Assembly (NCBI RefSeq): GCF_009914755.1
Contig: NC_060938.1
DNA: 64,000 nucleotides
Origin: the human T2T-CHM13v2.0 reference genome, Homo sapiens
Direction: 5' to 3' (one strand)
The notes under the pieces are model-generated. The model saw only the letters and a program-made list of their open reading frames with translations, was not told the origin of the DNA and did not search any database. Position numbers and translations under genes: made by a program. Positions 26,100 through 40,017 of the stretch are shown one piece after another. Numbering within the stretch: position 1 is the stretch's first letter; each line of letters opens with the position of its first letter.

Positions 26100-27310
26100 T
26101 CAGTTTATAGTTTAGAGAAAAGAGAAAAACAAGGAAAAAATAAAGGGAAAGCAAATTTTAAAACAAAAGCAATTCAGAATTGAAATTATAGAAATTATCT
26201 ATATAATGAGAAAGATGAAATTGAAATCTAAGAAACATATGACTATGACAAAGCAAATGTATCTTTAGATACAATATGCAGATATCAATAGTTTAAGAAA
26301 GTAATATTTATTTTCTTATTTAAAATGTTAAGATAATTACCACAGAGATAAATTTAAATACTTGTTAAACTAATATAGTGAGCCATTCTATAGACAAAAA
26401 ATGGGGAAAGGAAACAAACAAAAAATGTGAGTAAATGTATAATATGACATAAATTGGCCGAACTAAGTTAAATGTAACAATAATGACAATAAATGCAAAT
26501 GGATTAAAAGCAGTAATTAAAGGATCCTGACTTTTATAAATTTTTTAATAATTAAGAGCCAAAACATGTTGTTGACATAAGTTAAAATTTAAAAGAAAAT
26601 ATATATGTATATAACTACTAACATTAAAATTATTTTATAACACACCAGGCTTAAATACTGAAAAGCTAGAGGGGCAATATTTACATGACAACATGACATA
26701 ATATAATTTTAGGTAAAAATATGTACACCGAAATATATTTATTATTAAAGATTAAAATTATATGAGCTCTATTTTTCAATTAAAAATTGGAGAAAGAGCA
26801 GTGGAGGAAACCCAATAGAAATAGTTAATGAACAAAAATCTTTAAAGCAACAACAAAGAATGTTAATCTAACCAAAAGTTAGTTTTTGAGAAAACATTTA
26901 GGATACAGAAACCTGTGGAAGGTTAATCAAGACAATAAGAGAGACTGTGTAATATGCACAATTAAGAATTTTTAAGTATTAAAATAGCTTCATTATAATA
27001 AATGTGAATGCTAGAGATGGAAAGATGTAAGAACTGCAACAGCTAAGAAATATTAATAATAGGAACTAAAGATAAAGAACATAGGATTTTACAGGAAGTA
27101 TCTAACAATCATTTCAATATTTACTTCTTAGTCTATTAAAGATCATTCCTTCAAATCCTCAGATAAGTAAATTCTATCAGAATTTTAAGAATCTTGTTAT
27201 TTATTATGCTACTTCCAAATATAGAAAAACAAATTGCCTAGCTAAGGCTAGCATATGTTTTATTCCAAAATCAAGTAGGTAGCAGTAATTACTTTTAAAA
27301 TAATATTTAT
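26100..27310 (+). mobile_element. Ancient L1 ORF2 fragments, sense
   Basis: acaataaatgcaaatggattaaa resembles the EN start (LNVNGLN); A-rich decayed ORF2 text. Confidence 0.55.
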
Positions 27311-27329
27311 GCCAGCAAAAGAGCACATC

Positions 27330-28590
27330 ATTTTGTCCGACAATTTGTATGAGAGAGCGAACTGTTTTAGTCAGGGGTTTGAGCTAGATATAGATTTTAT
27401 TGTGATTATCATTACCTTCAGTCTACACAGGCTTCAAATTCCCATAGGAATGGCTGATGTTGGCTGGGTTTAAGGTGGGTCCTGGGGTGCTGGAGGATTT
27501 TGTTTAGTATCTCTTCCCCTCTCAGCTTTCAGCATCCTTACCTTCCTGTACCGCCGAGGTGTTCTCTGTCTTTCCTCTTTCCCTTACTCAATATGTAGAC
27601 AGCTGATGCTTACTATTTGGTATGAGGCTTGGCATAGGGGTAAAAAGTGGGATGTTTTATGTTGCCCTGGCTCAGCCTCATTCAATCTTAGGTATGTCCT
27701 GTGTGAAAGAAGTCCAAGTTTTCATTCCTTTTTCTTTTTGTCATGTTGGTTTTAGACTACTGTCATTGAATTAAGCTGAATTTTTTTTTCTCAAAATGGG
27801 GCATTCTTAGTGTTCTTGCATTGTGTCCAACTCATCTACAACAATAAAACTCTGTCTTGGATCTGCGGTTGGTTTTGGGTGGAAATATTTACCACTCTAT
27901 AGTAGTTAAAGGCTTCTTCTTGTTATTGGTATAGAACCTTAGCCACAACACTTTCCTAGCACTCTTCCAAAGATATAGGATGCATTCTTCCACTTGTTCC
28001 CAAGCCTCAGTGCATTTTTGCCTCTGATTAGTGGAAATGACAGTTGTGCTGTCTCTTCTATAGTGGCTTAAAGCTTTTGCTTCCTAAGAAAGAATGTTCT
28101 GGGGTAGTGGGCAAGGCTTTTTGCCTGTTCCCCAGCAGCAACCGATTACTACCCGAAGCCTGCACTATGCAGGAGGGTCTGTCTCATCTTCTGCCCAGTT
28201 CCCAGTCTTTCCCTTCAACAGACAAAGGTCCGTGGAAAAGAGTTTGAGAAATGACAATTTCTTGTGCCTGAGGCCTCCTGCTATTCTAAACTTACAATTT
28301 ACTCACATTTAGCCTTTAAGAATTTATTAAAGTTTAGCTGATTTCTTATATGATTATATGGTGACTTCCTCTTCATTTTTTGATTGGTCAAAGATGAAAC
28401 TTTTGTGTGTCCTTTCCATCCATGAGGGCTTGTCCCTCTCTGGAATCAGTTTACTTGGTTGCCATGCAACTTCATCTCTGATGGGCTAAAAACAACTTAT
28501 GACTTTGTAGATAATTCAAATATTTCTCACCTTAAGGGTGGGAGCATCATTCTTTTCACCTTTCTACATCCTAATCAGAAGCTGAAAATC
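27330..28590 (-). mobile_element. Probable ancient L1 5'UTR remnant
   Basis: Ends in tttctacatcctaatcagaagc, resembling L1MC/MD 5' termini; recognition is weak. Confidence 0.45.
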
Positions 28591-29154
28591 ACACTGAGGT
28601 TTTAGAGATTACTCTTCCAAGCTGCAAAATATTAAGAATTTCCATTTTAAATCTTAGCAGAAAAAAATTACCCTAGTTGGAGTTTCACCAAAAAATCTTG
28701 TAAAATTTGAAGTTTTCTTGAGAGACACCTGCCTTCATCTAGTGTGAATTATGAAAACCTTAGTTACACTTGCAAGAGTAAATCCTTACAAATCAATATA
28801 TTTAACACTGGTAAACAGACAAGCAATAAAAATAAATTATAAAGAAACAACAAAAATAAATCATTTAGATATCTAACATGATATATATGAGGATTTATCA
28901 AATTTTACCTCATGGTTTAATAATTTCTTCAAATTAAAGAGAATACCTTAACACTAATCTGCCTTTAACAAATAAAATTTATTGCTTATAGTTCATATAT
29001 GTTGTCTTATTAATGCATTAGAAAAAAACATTTCACTATAATTTTAAAAATTATTTAAAAAACATTTAAGTATGTTTCAACAGAATTGTTACCTTTTATA
29101 ATACTGTGCTTTCCTTTATGCATTTTCAAAATTGTGTTGAATTAGAAGTCAATA

Positions 29155-29610
29155 TTGCGCATTATTCACAATAGCAAAGACTTGGAACCAACCCAAATGT
29201 CCAACAATGATAGACTGGATTAAGAAAATGTGGCACATATACACCATGGAATACTATGCAGCCATAAAAAATGATGGGTTCATGTCCTTTGTAGGGACAT
29301 GGATGAAATTGGAAACCATCATTCTCAGTAAACTATTGCAAGAACAAAAAACCAAACACCGCATATTCTCACTCATAGGTGGGAATTGAACAATGAGATC
29401 ACATGGACACAGGAAGGGGAATATCACATTCTGGGGACTGTGGTGGGGAGGGGGGAGGGGGGAGGGATAGCATTGGGTGATATACCTAATGCTAGATGAC
29501 GAGTTAGTGGGTGCAGCGCACCAGCATGGCACATGTATACATATGTAACTAACCTGCACAATGTGTACATGTACCCTAAAACTTAAAGTATAATTTAAAA
29601 AAAAAAAAAA
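29155..29610 (+). mobile_element. 5'-truncated L1PA2-type 3' end
   Basis: Near-consensus young L1 3'UTR with gatgacGAGttagtggg (not the ACA/ACG of L1HS) and tgcacaatgtg; poly-A; TSD agaagtcaata at 29144-29154 and 29611-29621. Confidence 0.93.
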
Positions 29611-29621
29611 AGAAGTCAATA

Positions 29622-30040
29622 AAATTAAAACCAAAAAATAGAAAACAAATTGATTGAAAGAAAAAAGCTAGTTATTTGAAAACATCAATAATATTGATAA
29701 ACTTCCATCAAGATTAACTAAAATAAATATAGAAGACATAAATTATTAATACCAGAAATGAAAGAGAGGACATCATTAGTGATCCCATGTACATTAAAGG
29801 ATAGTAAAGGAATATTATGAACAACTTTATGCGTAAAAATTTAATGACGAGGGTGAAATGTACCAATTCCTTGAAGGACACAATCAACCAAAACTCACAT
29901 GAGGAGAAATAGATAATCTGAACAGGACTTTATCTATTAAAGAAACTGAATTAATAATTAATATCCTGCTAAACAGAAAGCACCAGGGCTAGATGAGTTC
30001 ACTGCTAAATCTTACCAAACATTTAATCAGGAAATTATAT
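29622..30040 (+). mobile_element. Old L1M ORF2 fragment
   Basis: aataaaattaaaacc...gaatattatgaacaactttatgc...gaagaaatagataatctgaacagg-like ORF2 text. Confidence 0.75.
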
Positions 30041-31794
30041 CAATTCTGCACAATCACTTCCAATAATAAAAGTAAAAAACAAGTTATTCTGGAAAGAGGG
30101 ACCATGGCACAAGAAATGTTTGGCACAGCACAGCCAGTCCCCAGAGACCAAAGCTGGGCCATGTCTTCAAAGCCCAGAGTGTGCATAGCCTGAGTCAAGC
30201 TGAAGGAAGGAATAAAAAAAATGGGGAGAAAGTCAGGGGATATATGATGAAGCAAAATCTTTATGTCTGATGTTCTGAGAGTAAATAAAATTGTAAAATG
30301 CAAGATGCATATATCACAGTTTCAGAAGCAATATTGGTCCAACTGCTGATTTTCTAAAATGGAGAACAGATCAACCTCTATACAAACTGATAGTGAGGCA
30401 GAATATCCTGGTCTTCTTATTGTAAGAGAAGAAAATGTCTTTCATGGAAGTAACAGTGAAAGAATCCGTTATCAGAACATAGGACAGAACCTTTAGGGGT
30501 ATTTTCCCTGCAGGCACTAATTAGATATATATCATAAGAGCTATGAGCACACAGGTTTACTATCAGTGAGGCTGAAGCAGTGTAATTTCTGGGAATTATA
30601 GGCATGACACGCATTTGTGACAAATCAAAGATAATACAGATTAAACTGCTGGATCTAAGGTCAACCTGTTTTTTGTAGAAAGCCTAGGGATGACTGACCA
30701 AGGTAAATTTTTACAATATGAGCACCTAGTATTTCCAGGGGCTTCTTTACTCCTTTCCACATTGCTTTTTTGATGAATGACACTTTGATTTTGTCCCCGA
30801 TACAATGACCACAGCATAAAGAATTAGTGCCAGTATAGTTAGATTATAAAATCAAAAATTTGACTAAGACCATAGGAAATAAATCAATAGAATTACAAGA
30901 TGTAGATTTTAAAATTACTTGGTAAGAACTCGCTTAACTCAAAATACAAGTACAAAATGATATATCAGACAGGAGTCAGACAGGGGAACAAAGTTAATAA
31001 TGTGTTTTATGGGATAAAGGACTTATTAAAGGAATTAGATGTGTAGAGCTGTACAAGTAGCTGGGAAACTCAAGGTCTGAAAGGGAAGTTCAAGGATCAG
31101 AGGACCTCTCACTAACAAGTCAATATGAAATACCAAACATATCTCTTTATGTAAGGGTTGCTCCTGGGATGCCCTTTGAGAGGCTGTGATTTTGTGTAGC
31201 TACAACCTCTGTGGATTCACGTCTAAGAATCTTTTGGTGAGTCTTGGGCTGCTGTTGATGGACAGAGGCAACAGTTGGCAAAGGTGTTGAACATGGAATA
31301 GAGCAGATTTAGGACAGGTTGCAAGCTGGCTGGAACCTCTGCATTGATCGGATACTGCAGTTGATTATGATGACCTTCAGAGAATAAGGGCCACCACCTT
31401 ACTTCCTTTTTCCCAGTTACGTACAAGTTCCTCTTTTGGATAATACAGAGAAGGACATCTTGAAAAAAATGTACTTTTTTGCCTACCCAAGATGACACAA
31501 TGCAAAACACCACAAATAATTACCAGAATTGAGGAAAATAAGAATTTTCTTTCTTATGAAAAGTTTATTTGGGAAAGGTGTTCTAGAATAGCCACACTGG
31601 ATGGGAGGGTAGCAATGTTCCTCCACTCAGGTGAGGGGAGAGTATTTATAAAGCTTGATGAATATCTCCAAAATTTAGGAGTGGCACAGGGGTCTGATGT
31701 TTAATTAATTATTTTCCAGAATTGTAAGAGTAAAAGACAAAGGCTGATAAGCTGTTTTGCTGCTAAATTAAAGAACAGCTGCTAATACATTTAG

Positions 31795-32260
31795 ATTGTC
31801 AATTTCAGGGGTTTGTGACCACTGTAGTTGTATAAGAACCCACATTCAGTGGATCCTTCAAAACTTTACTGTTACTGTCTTGAAATCCTTAATAATTTTA
31901 TCTTTGAACTTGTGTTTTGTAAGTGAACTCTGATGGGACAATGGAGCATGAGCCAGGAGCATCGGGCCTCAGCTCACATGTCATCTCACCTTTTGCCATC
32001 TTGCTCCCCCACTGATACCTAGAGACCACTACCACCTCTTACCCAGCAGGAGGTCTGAGTCCAAATACAAGGAGACTCAGGGTCATATCCTGAGTAATTT
32101 TGAGCGCTCTGTGAGTATCCCTGTTTCCAAGGCAGAGTGAAATTAAGAGCAAAGAAAAAACATCATGACAGGTCAAGAAAGAAACCATAGGAAGAAAAAT
32201 TCTATTATATTTTCTTTTGTTTGTAAAAGGGATCCTGCAAATTAAGTAGCTGACCCGGGG
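31795..32260 (+). mobile_element. MER45-family hAT-Tip100 relic
   Basis: gtcttgaaatccttaataattttatctttgaacttgtgttttgtaagtgaa...gatgggacaatggagcatg and terminal cctgcaaattaagtagctgaccc. Confidence 0.7.
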
Positions 32261-32417
32261 TTTCACTTTCTGGATTTCAGGGCCCATGAATGCATTACCT
32301 TTTAGCCCAGATCAGAAATGATCCACATGAGCAATGAAAGGTAGCAGATGGCTTGAAGCCAAGTGTTCTTTAAGAACACTTGGGTGGGATTCCACTGAAT
32401 GGAATGAACTTCTAGAA

Positions 32418-32645
32418 CAGGGGTGTTCAATCGTTTAGCTTCTCTGGGCCACACTGCAAGAAGACGAATTGTCTTGGGCCACATATAAAATGCACTAACA
32501 CTAACGATAGCTGGCAAGCTAAAGAAAAAAAAATCACCAAAAAAATCTCATAATGTTTTTAAAAAGTTTACCAATTTCTATTGGGCCTCATTCAAAGCTG
32601 TCCTGGGCTGTGTGTGGCCTTTGGGCTGTGGGTTGGACAAGCTTA
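32418..32645 (+). mobile_element. MER30 (hAT-Charlie MITE), full length
   Basis: caggggtgttcaatc...ggttggacaagctta, with perfect palindromic 8-bp TSD ttctagaa at 32410-32417 and 32646-32653. Confidence 0.93.
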
Positions 32646-35384
32646 TTCTAGAAAGTGAAAAGTTTCATGGGAATTGAAAGTTGTAGATTAAATGATCACT
32701 TACTATCAGTTAAGAAAGAAATTTATCTGTTCATTACCACTCCTATTTCCAGACTTCAGTCCTAGAGTGGTCAGTAGAAGCAGTTATCCAATAGGAGAGG
32801 GGGTAAGTAAGGTGAAGACAGCTGGAAAGGAAAAGAAACCAAGAATGACCCCTTTCCACAGCCTACAGATGAAAGAGGTAGGGGAGAAAACATATCTGAA
32901 TTATATTTTAATTAAAATATAGAAATTCATATTCTAATTTCTGAAATAAAATTGTGGTTTACAATATAACTATCTATTAAATAGCAATAACCAAAAGAAG
33001 TCATGAAAGCTGCTAGATTTTTTTACATATCTGGAAACTTTTCCTGAATACATATTTAAAGAACTACAGAAGACAAAAATGAAATTGCATTGAATGCCAA
33101 TTAGAGACAAGTTTGTTCTTTCAAAAAAATTGGATATTTGCTTTGTAATTTTCACCAATTTTATTTTCCTGAATTATTTCTATTTTTAATGTAGAAATAA
33201 AAGTATCTGAGATGGGTCTAAGATATCAGAGAATTATCTTTATTTATATTGAGATATATCAAAATATAATGTTAATATGATTTGTCACTGAACTATATGA
33301 TAACTCAGTCATACTTCTGTCTTTTAAAATTGGCTACAGTTAAACTTCAATCTGTCAATACAGTAAAAGCTACCTAAGTGGGAATTCTAAAATTATAACA
33401 TGTGATGAAATCTCAGGGGGAAGTTTTGGATTCTGTTGTTTTTATTTTCTGCCATTTGTGCCGATTTGAGTGGTAACTGACCTCATGAAACATGAAAGTA
33501 TTATTTATGTACAAGGAACTGACCCCTGAGGAATTGAAGGTCAGCACTAAAATAAAAATGTAGGGGGAAATGCGACTAATAAAATGTAGGAAAAAAAAAA
33601 CCATGAACAGAAAATATAATAAACCTAAATGGTGGTGCTTACATAGATAAAACTGAAAGAGGATTGTAAATAGAACTGTAAGGATGGATTTGTCTACCAT
33701 TTATTATATTTTGATAAAAATAAAGAAATTCAATTTACAATATTGAATTTTACTAGACTTTCTGGTTTGAAGAGCTAGAGTTTCTTTTTCCTTTCAGAAG
33801 GCTTGTATTCAGGTAATACTGATGAAGATAATCCTCAAGACCTTTACACTCTGGGTCAGTTCCAAGATGGCTGAGAAGCTGTTTAAAATAACCAAAAAAC
33901 AACTTGATAGGATTGACAATTTCATGTTTTTTAATGTGTTGAATGAGATTGCTAACTACAATCAGCAGATATACATACGTGGTATCACAGATGTTAGGTT
34001 TTCAAAAATAAAGAATGTGTTAGAAAAATGCCTGCCAATCACTTGAATGTTACAACCTTTTATTATTATTATTATTATACTTTTTAAAAGAATCTGGCTG
34101 TTGAGTGCAGACTGTGCTGTTTCACCTTTCATTACAAAGACTCAGTGAATAAAACATATTTGATAGCTTGGCAATAGAAGAAAAATTTGTATTTAAATGA
34201 GGACAGAAGACACTGGGCTGGAATTGATACGATTATGCCACAATTGGTGAGTCATAACTAATGACACAGTCTAGAGCTCATGAAGCAAATCTGACAATGT
34301 GAGTGAGAGGAATGCAATCAGCATACTGGGAGGAAGGCAGGTGCATGCCCACAGGTGGCACCACAGAGGGGTACTTAGCACAACACTTGCTTCTCACGGT
34401 GTATCTCTTGGTTTCTAAGCAAAGGTCTTTGGGGAGAAAAGATGTTATTAAATATTATAGAACTGAAACAAAAATAAAATTGAGCCTAGCTACGCACTTG
34501 AAAATATACTAGTCCGTGACACAGTAAAAGAAAAATCATGCAGATAGGCAACAGATAGTTTTGGAAATTTAAAACTCAGGTTTTGTTTTATGTCTTCATA
34601 TATGATGCTGAGGTAACAGATATAAAATTAGGAATTTGTCAGCAATAGCTCCTCCTGCCTTTATCATATGTTTTAAACGATTTAACAGTGACACTTTATT
34701 ATATTTTCTTTTTCATTGAGATTCATTTCCTATCTTGTCTAATATTCTCCTACTCTCCTGATAGTTTACACACAATTATCACAGAACACTAGCAGTTCCA
34801 TTAATTTTGTCTCCACTATCCTCAGAGACTTTCTGAGGAAATAATAATATTGTTTCTTTTATCTTTATCTCTGGAACTTAGTAGGGTACCTTGCCCATTG
34901 TAGTTGAGAAACAATAAACAGGAATGACTGAAAAAAAATACATTTGAAAACAGCTTCAACATAAGAAGAAGCTTGAGATATTTATAATATGGACACTTGT
35001 TTTTTTCCTAAAGCAAAGCTATTACTATTAGTTAGAGATTATGTAGATTTTAATTTATTTATAGAAGACAAAATAAAACTAGTATATTAAAAAAGTTAGT
35101 TCCTGCCACTATCCTTCCCCCAACAAGATATCTGGAGACTTAGTGCCAAAATGAGCAAAGAAAGATTCAAGGACCAAGACTGGTGGAATCCTCTCACTCC
35201 AGTATTCTTAGAGTCTTGCTTAGGCTTGAAGCATAACACTGTTGTCACATCACTTGACATTGCATTTACAGAATAAGATTCAGTGAGAAAGAACAAACAA
35301 GAAGTGATTATATCCTTTAAAGAGCTTTCTCAGAGGCATCGGCTAGTATCTTCTGTTCGCTTCTCATTTGCCAGAGATGCATCA

Positions 35385-35560
35385 AGTAGCTTCTCCCAAC
35401 TGCTTAGGAAATTGGGAAGTATAGTTTTCTCAACATTTTCATACCACCATAAACACTCCCAAGAATGTTCCTAAGCAGTCTGTAATACACAGGACATGTC
35501 CCAATGACCAAGAATTATCTGGTCTGAAATATCGATAGTGGTGAGGTTGAGAAAACTTCC
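35385..35560 (+). mobile_element. MER20 fragment
   Basis: aagaattatctggtctgaaatatcgatagtggtgaggttgagaaa matches the MER20 terminus. Confidence 0.65.
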
Positions 35561-38500
35561 TCTGAAGCACCTGGCATTGGGATAAGTTCTCCAAAGGAAA
35601 CGTTAAAAGACAATGCAAAATGAAGAAGAATATGGGGCACCAAAATTATAGTTATCAATCAACCACAGAACTTAGCTGTCCCCAAATATCTGAAAGGTTG
35701 TTTGTCTTGTCAAAATGGAAACAATGTACTCAGTATTGCTTCAGAAGGCAAACCTAAACCAAAGTTTGAAATTTGTGATGATGAACATATTAAAATTATA
35801 GAATCATTTGAAGGTTATTATTATCCAGCAGTAACACAGTAGATGCCTTTACAGAACTGAATGCAATGAGAGACTAGTATTGTGTCCCTTTGTGAAGTCT
35901 TTAAATTATAACAGTTTCAAAATACATGAAGATTTTGACCAATTCAGAACAAAGGCCACTCATGATATAAACCACTTTGAGACAGAAAGAGCTATTGGTT
36001 GGGTCTATAGGGCCACTAGTCTAGGACCCCGATAATTTATGCGCCAGGAGAAATGTCTTTGAGGAACAGATAATTGCCTTCTGCATGGCTCTCCTAGATA
36101 TGTTAGTGGAAGGTGAAACAGGAGTGGTTATTATTAATCCCTTTTAGAGAACTATACTAGTCTCGCCTCTGAACCACCCATCAATATTGTGCTCAATTAG
36201 CACTTTGTTTCAATTGACAATGAAATTATATACTGAAAACAGTATGAATCCATGACCTGACCAGAAGCATTCTCTAGCCAGTGAATGATTTTTCTATCCT
36301 TGCCTCTTTTTCAATTTAACAAAAGAGGATAACACTGAATTCAGACTGCAGGTGTGCAGACTCTCATTAAGTCATCAGAAAGAACAGAATTAAAAATTAA
36401 TTTAAAAACTAGGAATATTTATATTGTCTTTCCTCATAGTTTTCCTCTTCTGGTCTTTTGCCTTAATAGTTATTTACTATTTCTCATTCATATTTGGTAG
36501 AAAGTGTCATTATACAATGTATAATAAAGGTCTTGAGAATACAAATGTATAACTCTTTCATATAATTATAATCCAAAGAAATCTTTAATATATTCATGTT
36601 AAACATCGGTTTGTAGGGTATTTGCAATCCAGGTGAAAAAATCATTTTACAAAAATATTAAAATAAAGCCCAAGTTTTTGTATTTGAGTGATTCAGCTTA
36701 AGAAGACTTATATAATTTATGAAATAAATACATATTATGTGATCATAATGCAATACACCTTTAAAAACCACTTGTTTGAAAAGAAGCAAGGCATATCCAC
36801 TGATTATATACAACTATTGCTTTCAAAATTTTCACTTTTAACCAGTAGACTATTCATCAATGTTTTATATTGTCAGGGTGTTTTTTTGTTTTTGTTTTTA
36901 TGATTTAATGTATTTAACAGAGTTAAATCTGTTATGACAATCTACCTCTGAAGTACAACATGTTGGAGTCATTTGCTCTGGACAAAGTCACTTTCAGGAA
37001 TGGTTTTATTACAATGAAAAGGAATAGGTATACTGGCTCTTAAGTGCCACTACTGCCCTTTATGAGAATGAGAACTAGATTAGCCGGCACGCTTACGTCC
37101 CACACTCTTTATGAGCCTTATATGTTTTGGGGTATTTTCAACATTTTAACCTGGATGATGTTATTTTCAGAAACATCCTAAAACAATTTTCCAAGAAGCA
37201 AGGAAAAGGTAAACACTGAACTTGCGTAATAAAAATTCAGTCAGGAAAATGCATTTGAATACATTTGTTTAGCAATCCTAACATAGCAATCTTCAGAAGT
37301 TGCCCAGAGATATTTTTGAGGTTTCATATTATGTCAAACATGCAAAAGCATAAAAACAGGGAAAAACGAAATGGTATAACAATAAAAAGGTTTAAAATGA
37401 TGAGGAATATTCATTTGTTTCCCTGATTAAAATTAAGTTATATAATTATATAGATACCAATATATTAGAATTGTTATATACAATCTAATTTAAGGCATAA
37501 GAGATAAGTGTGTTTAAGGGGAGTAGAGAAAAAGTGCTCTTAATTTTTCTTTTTGATTTTTTTTGCTGTGGTTAGTGTTAACACATGTATATTGAATGGA
37601 TATCTTATTTTTAAACAACAAAACCTTATTTCAACAACAGCAATTTACATATACCATATTTCATATGATATTTCATATAATGCACTAATGAAAGCATTAT
37701 GATGTTAAAATTAGCATTGTAGAAAGGAAATTGATAAATGTAACTAGCAAACATTAATTTTGGGGGATGAATATTTTCTAATCTATTTCTGAAAAACTAT
37801 TACTTGGTTATACTAATTTATTTGAGGGTACCTTCCCCTGTATCATTTTTACCTCCACTTTTGAAAGAAGCAAACAATACTCCTTCTGAAAAATAAATTT
37901 TAATTCTATAGCTTTCTATGACAACTTTTTTGTTATTCATACCAAAGATGAAGCCATGCCCATACCTCATTGATTATATATGCAAAGAGTTCTCTATCAG
38001 GAAAGTTTCAACATGAAAGATTTCTTCCCACTGAGGAGTCTCTCCATTACTGAAGGTCAATTGTTAAATGTTATTATGTTTCCACTAATAACCATTTGAT
38101 CCTCTTTTAGATTTTCATTCACTCTAGTGTTAAATGAATCTCCACTGAAAATTATTAAATCAAAACTATAATACCTTAATAGAGAAAAATGAATGTTATG
38201 AGGCAGTATCTCACCATCAAAGTTGCAGGGACATGTCTTTTCAAAGTGAAATATATAGCTTATCTAGTTAACAAAAGGGCAGCAAGTTCCTTTGCAGGTC
38301 TAAAATTGAGCCAGCAAAGTGGTGGTTTTCAAGCAGATGCCAGTTTCAATTTTCATGTTAGATGATCAAATATATATTGAGTCTGCATAAGAAATGCTGT
38401 TATCACAGGATTCAACACACAATGTCGAATTCCTGCATACAGAAATTTCATTTTTTCATTACATTGTGTACATGCAAACTTCCTAGCTAGTGTGGAGAAA

Positions 38501-39094
38501 ACCTAGGAAAAAAAAAAGTTTAAGGTGAAACTTGAAGGATGAGAATGAATGAAGTACAGACCATTATGCAAGGTTTGAAGGCATGACACTGTATACAATT
38601 ATTGAGTAAGGATGGAACACATCCACACTAGTGATGAGAACAAATTTATATTTTGAATGCAATACATCCATCCATTCTTGATTCCTTCTTAGACATTATT
38701 TCCTAAAATTGAGCCACAGGATGGTCAGAATGGTCAGATCTGCTACCATAGGGAACTGGGACTTTTCTTTAATAATACATACTCCACAAACATGCGCAAC
38801 CTCTTCTCCTCTTTTCCCCAGAGTAGCTGATTCTAGTACAGTGATTCATGTGACCTGGATGTGTAAAGGGGTATATGCAATCAACTGAGTTCATTAGAAT
38901 AAATTTTAAAGTGTTAAAGAAATGATGAATCCCTGTAACAATTGCCTGGTGAGCTAGTAATACAACTATATTCAACTTAGATTAAAAACAATGCAAAAAA
39001 TCTATTGTAAACTATGCCATTTCTGTATCAGGATTTTACCAAGTTAGCACAGGAGTAATTTACATTTTGAGTTTAAACTTTAGAGCAGAGCTTT

Positions 39095-39266
39095 TAAGTG
39101 GAAAATTCTGTGATAATAAAAATTTCCATAATATACTGAAACCTTGGAACAAGAATTAAAGGCATACAATGGTATATTTATGGAAGTTTTATTTTATTTT
39201 GATTAATTTAAATACAAATGTAAATAACCTCATGTGTCTATTGGCTACCATATTGGATAGCACAAC
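39095..39266. mobile_element. MER3/MER33-like fragment
   Basis: ttttattttattttgattaatttaaat...catgtgtctattggctaccatattggatagcac. Confidence 0.65.
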
Positions 39267-39771
39267 TGTACAGCATCAGTAAGATTTAAACTCATACAAG
39301 TATTATCAAATCTACTAAAAATAGATAAGACTTTTTCCTATCTTAAAATAGAACTAAGGTGACATTTTTTTCCACAGCCATATTAATGGATAGCAATCTT
39401 TTCAATACTGTTTCCTCATAAGTGTATGGATAAACGGATTCCAAATATATTTGGTTAAAAGCAAGGCAAACAAATATATTGAATTCAGATAAGGACTCTA
39501 GGTCAGAGATCAATCGAAGGTGGGTCCTGATTTCAAGACTACATTATTTAGTGCTGAGTGAAACAAATGAAAGCTAACTAAAGTAAGTATAAAGAAATAA
39601 GATTTGTAATATAGGTAAAGCAAAGTGCCCTAGGAGAGCAGGAATGTTTCTTTCCATTGTCAGATATAAGCGTGATATTTGTGGTGGGCCTTGAAAGACT
39701 AGAAGAATAAGACATGTAAACAACAAGACTTAAAGGCATAAAATGGTATATTATATTTATGGACATTTGGA

Positions 39772-40017
39772 GTTCTCACTATTAAGTGGGAGGTATTGAT
39801 AAGAACACATGGACACGCAGATGGGAACAACACAAACTGGGGCCTTTTGGAGGGCAGAAGTTGGGAGGAGGGAGAGGATCAGGAAAAATAATTAATGAGT
39901 ACTAGGCTTAACACCTGGGGGATGAAATAATCTGTACAACACACCCCCATGACACAAGTGTACCTATGTAACAAATCAGCACCTTTATCCCTTAACTTAA
40001 AAGTTATAAAAAAAAAA
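39772..40017 (+). mobile_element. Short L1PA13-like 3' end inside an L2-like relic
   Basis: gggagaggatcaggaaaaataattaatgagtactaggcttaacacctggg...poly-A. Confidence 0.85.

Noticed and set aside
30180-30670. AP-1, STAT, TCF and nuclear-receptor half-site motifs
   Set aside because: Scattered short motifs over 500 bp with no independent support.
30960-31500. Possible ancient ERVL-type LTR
   Set aside because: LTR-like in character, but I cannot assign a family or boundaries from the sequence alone.
35129-35275. About 49-codon open frame after a pyrimidine tract (IWRLSAKMSKERFKDQDWWNP...)
   Set aside because: Weak aag acceptor, no recognisable homology, and a length expected by chance.
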